64,000 bases of DNA from sequence record PP129558; one strand, written 5' to 3'. The translations under genes were made by a program, and so were the position numbers. The notes beneath the pieces were generated by a model, which saw nothing but the letters and a program-made list of their open reading frames with translations, did no database searches and was not told the origin of the DNA. This DNA comes from Escherichia phage vB_EcoM_01. Within the stretch, counting starts at the first letter, position 1, and each line of letters opens with the position of its first letter. Shown piece after piece: positions 63,783 through 64,000 of this stretch.

Positions 63783-63811
63783 TTGACAAAACAACAAATA
63801 TCCTGTAGACT
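63783..63811 (+). promoter_or_regulatory. Sigma70-like promoter (TTGACA-N17-TAGACT)
   Basis: Motif upstream of partial gene. Confidence 0.4.
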
Positions 63812-63847
63812 AAGATTTATGGGATATCTGTTTTTAAGAGGTTTCAA

Positions 63848-64000
63848 ATGGAACTCAATAAAGATACACTGTGGGAACTCTTCAAAACCTTCGCTGGTTT
63901 TAAAGAGAATTCTGAATCCCAACAAGATTCTATACCATCTCAAAAACCTGAAACTCTAGTCAAACAAAATAAATTTGATGAAGAAAAGATGCAGGTTATT
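63848..64000 (+). CDS. Hypothetical protein, 3'-truncated at window end
   Basis: ATG after AAGAGG RBS; ORF open to window edge. Confidence 0.4.
   Translation, partial: MELNKDTLWELFKTFAGFKENSESQQDSIPSQKPETLVKQNKFDEEKMQVI

Overview
This window reads as a dense, AT-rich (roughly 38% GC by eye) segment of a large virulent dsDNA phage of a Gram-negative host, taken from an imperfect short-read assembly. Layout: (1) 1-236 is a non-biological contig end (poly-C plus library adapter); (2) 683-17438 is a plus-strand block of about 55 small genes with AGGAG-type ribosome-binding sites and TTGACA-N17-TAnnnT promoters, including a 5-member paralog family and a small serine recombinase; (3) 17508-55037 is a minus-strand block with a Sir2-like protein, two DNA methyltransferases, a PP-lambda-type phosphatase, an HslV-like peptidase, PhoH, T4-type lysozyme, glutaredoxin, a complete dTDP-L-rhamnose pathway (rmlBACD), class I ribonucleotide reductase (nrdAB), a ThyX-like protein, an HNH endonuclease, a DEDD exonuclease, a T4 RNase H-like flap nuclease, an ATP-dependent DNA ligase, and a three-gene RNA repair cassette (metallophosphoesterase, ligase, polynucleotide kinase); (4) 55050-55517 is an AT-rich divergent control region with GTACT iterons; (5) 56496-58509 holds at least 12 tRNA genes plus candidate structured RNAs; (6) 58717-64000 carries an overlapping Rz/Rz1 spanin pair, a large terminase interrupted by a probable mini-intein in its P-loop, and a probable portal gene. 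The most interesting candidates are the phage-borne rmlBACD cluster, the zinc-module-less Sir2-like protein, the RNA repair cassette beside the tRNA array, a tandem family of small acidic proteins with W-x-S-S-S-C tails, and the terminase intein. Three N-gaps with duplicated flanks and adapter remnants, and three exact tandem duplications, are probably assembly artifacts. All calls rest on motif reading by eye; no database search or tRNA/RNA folding program was run.
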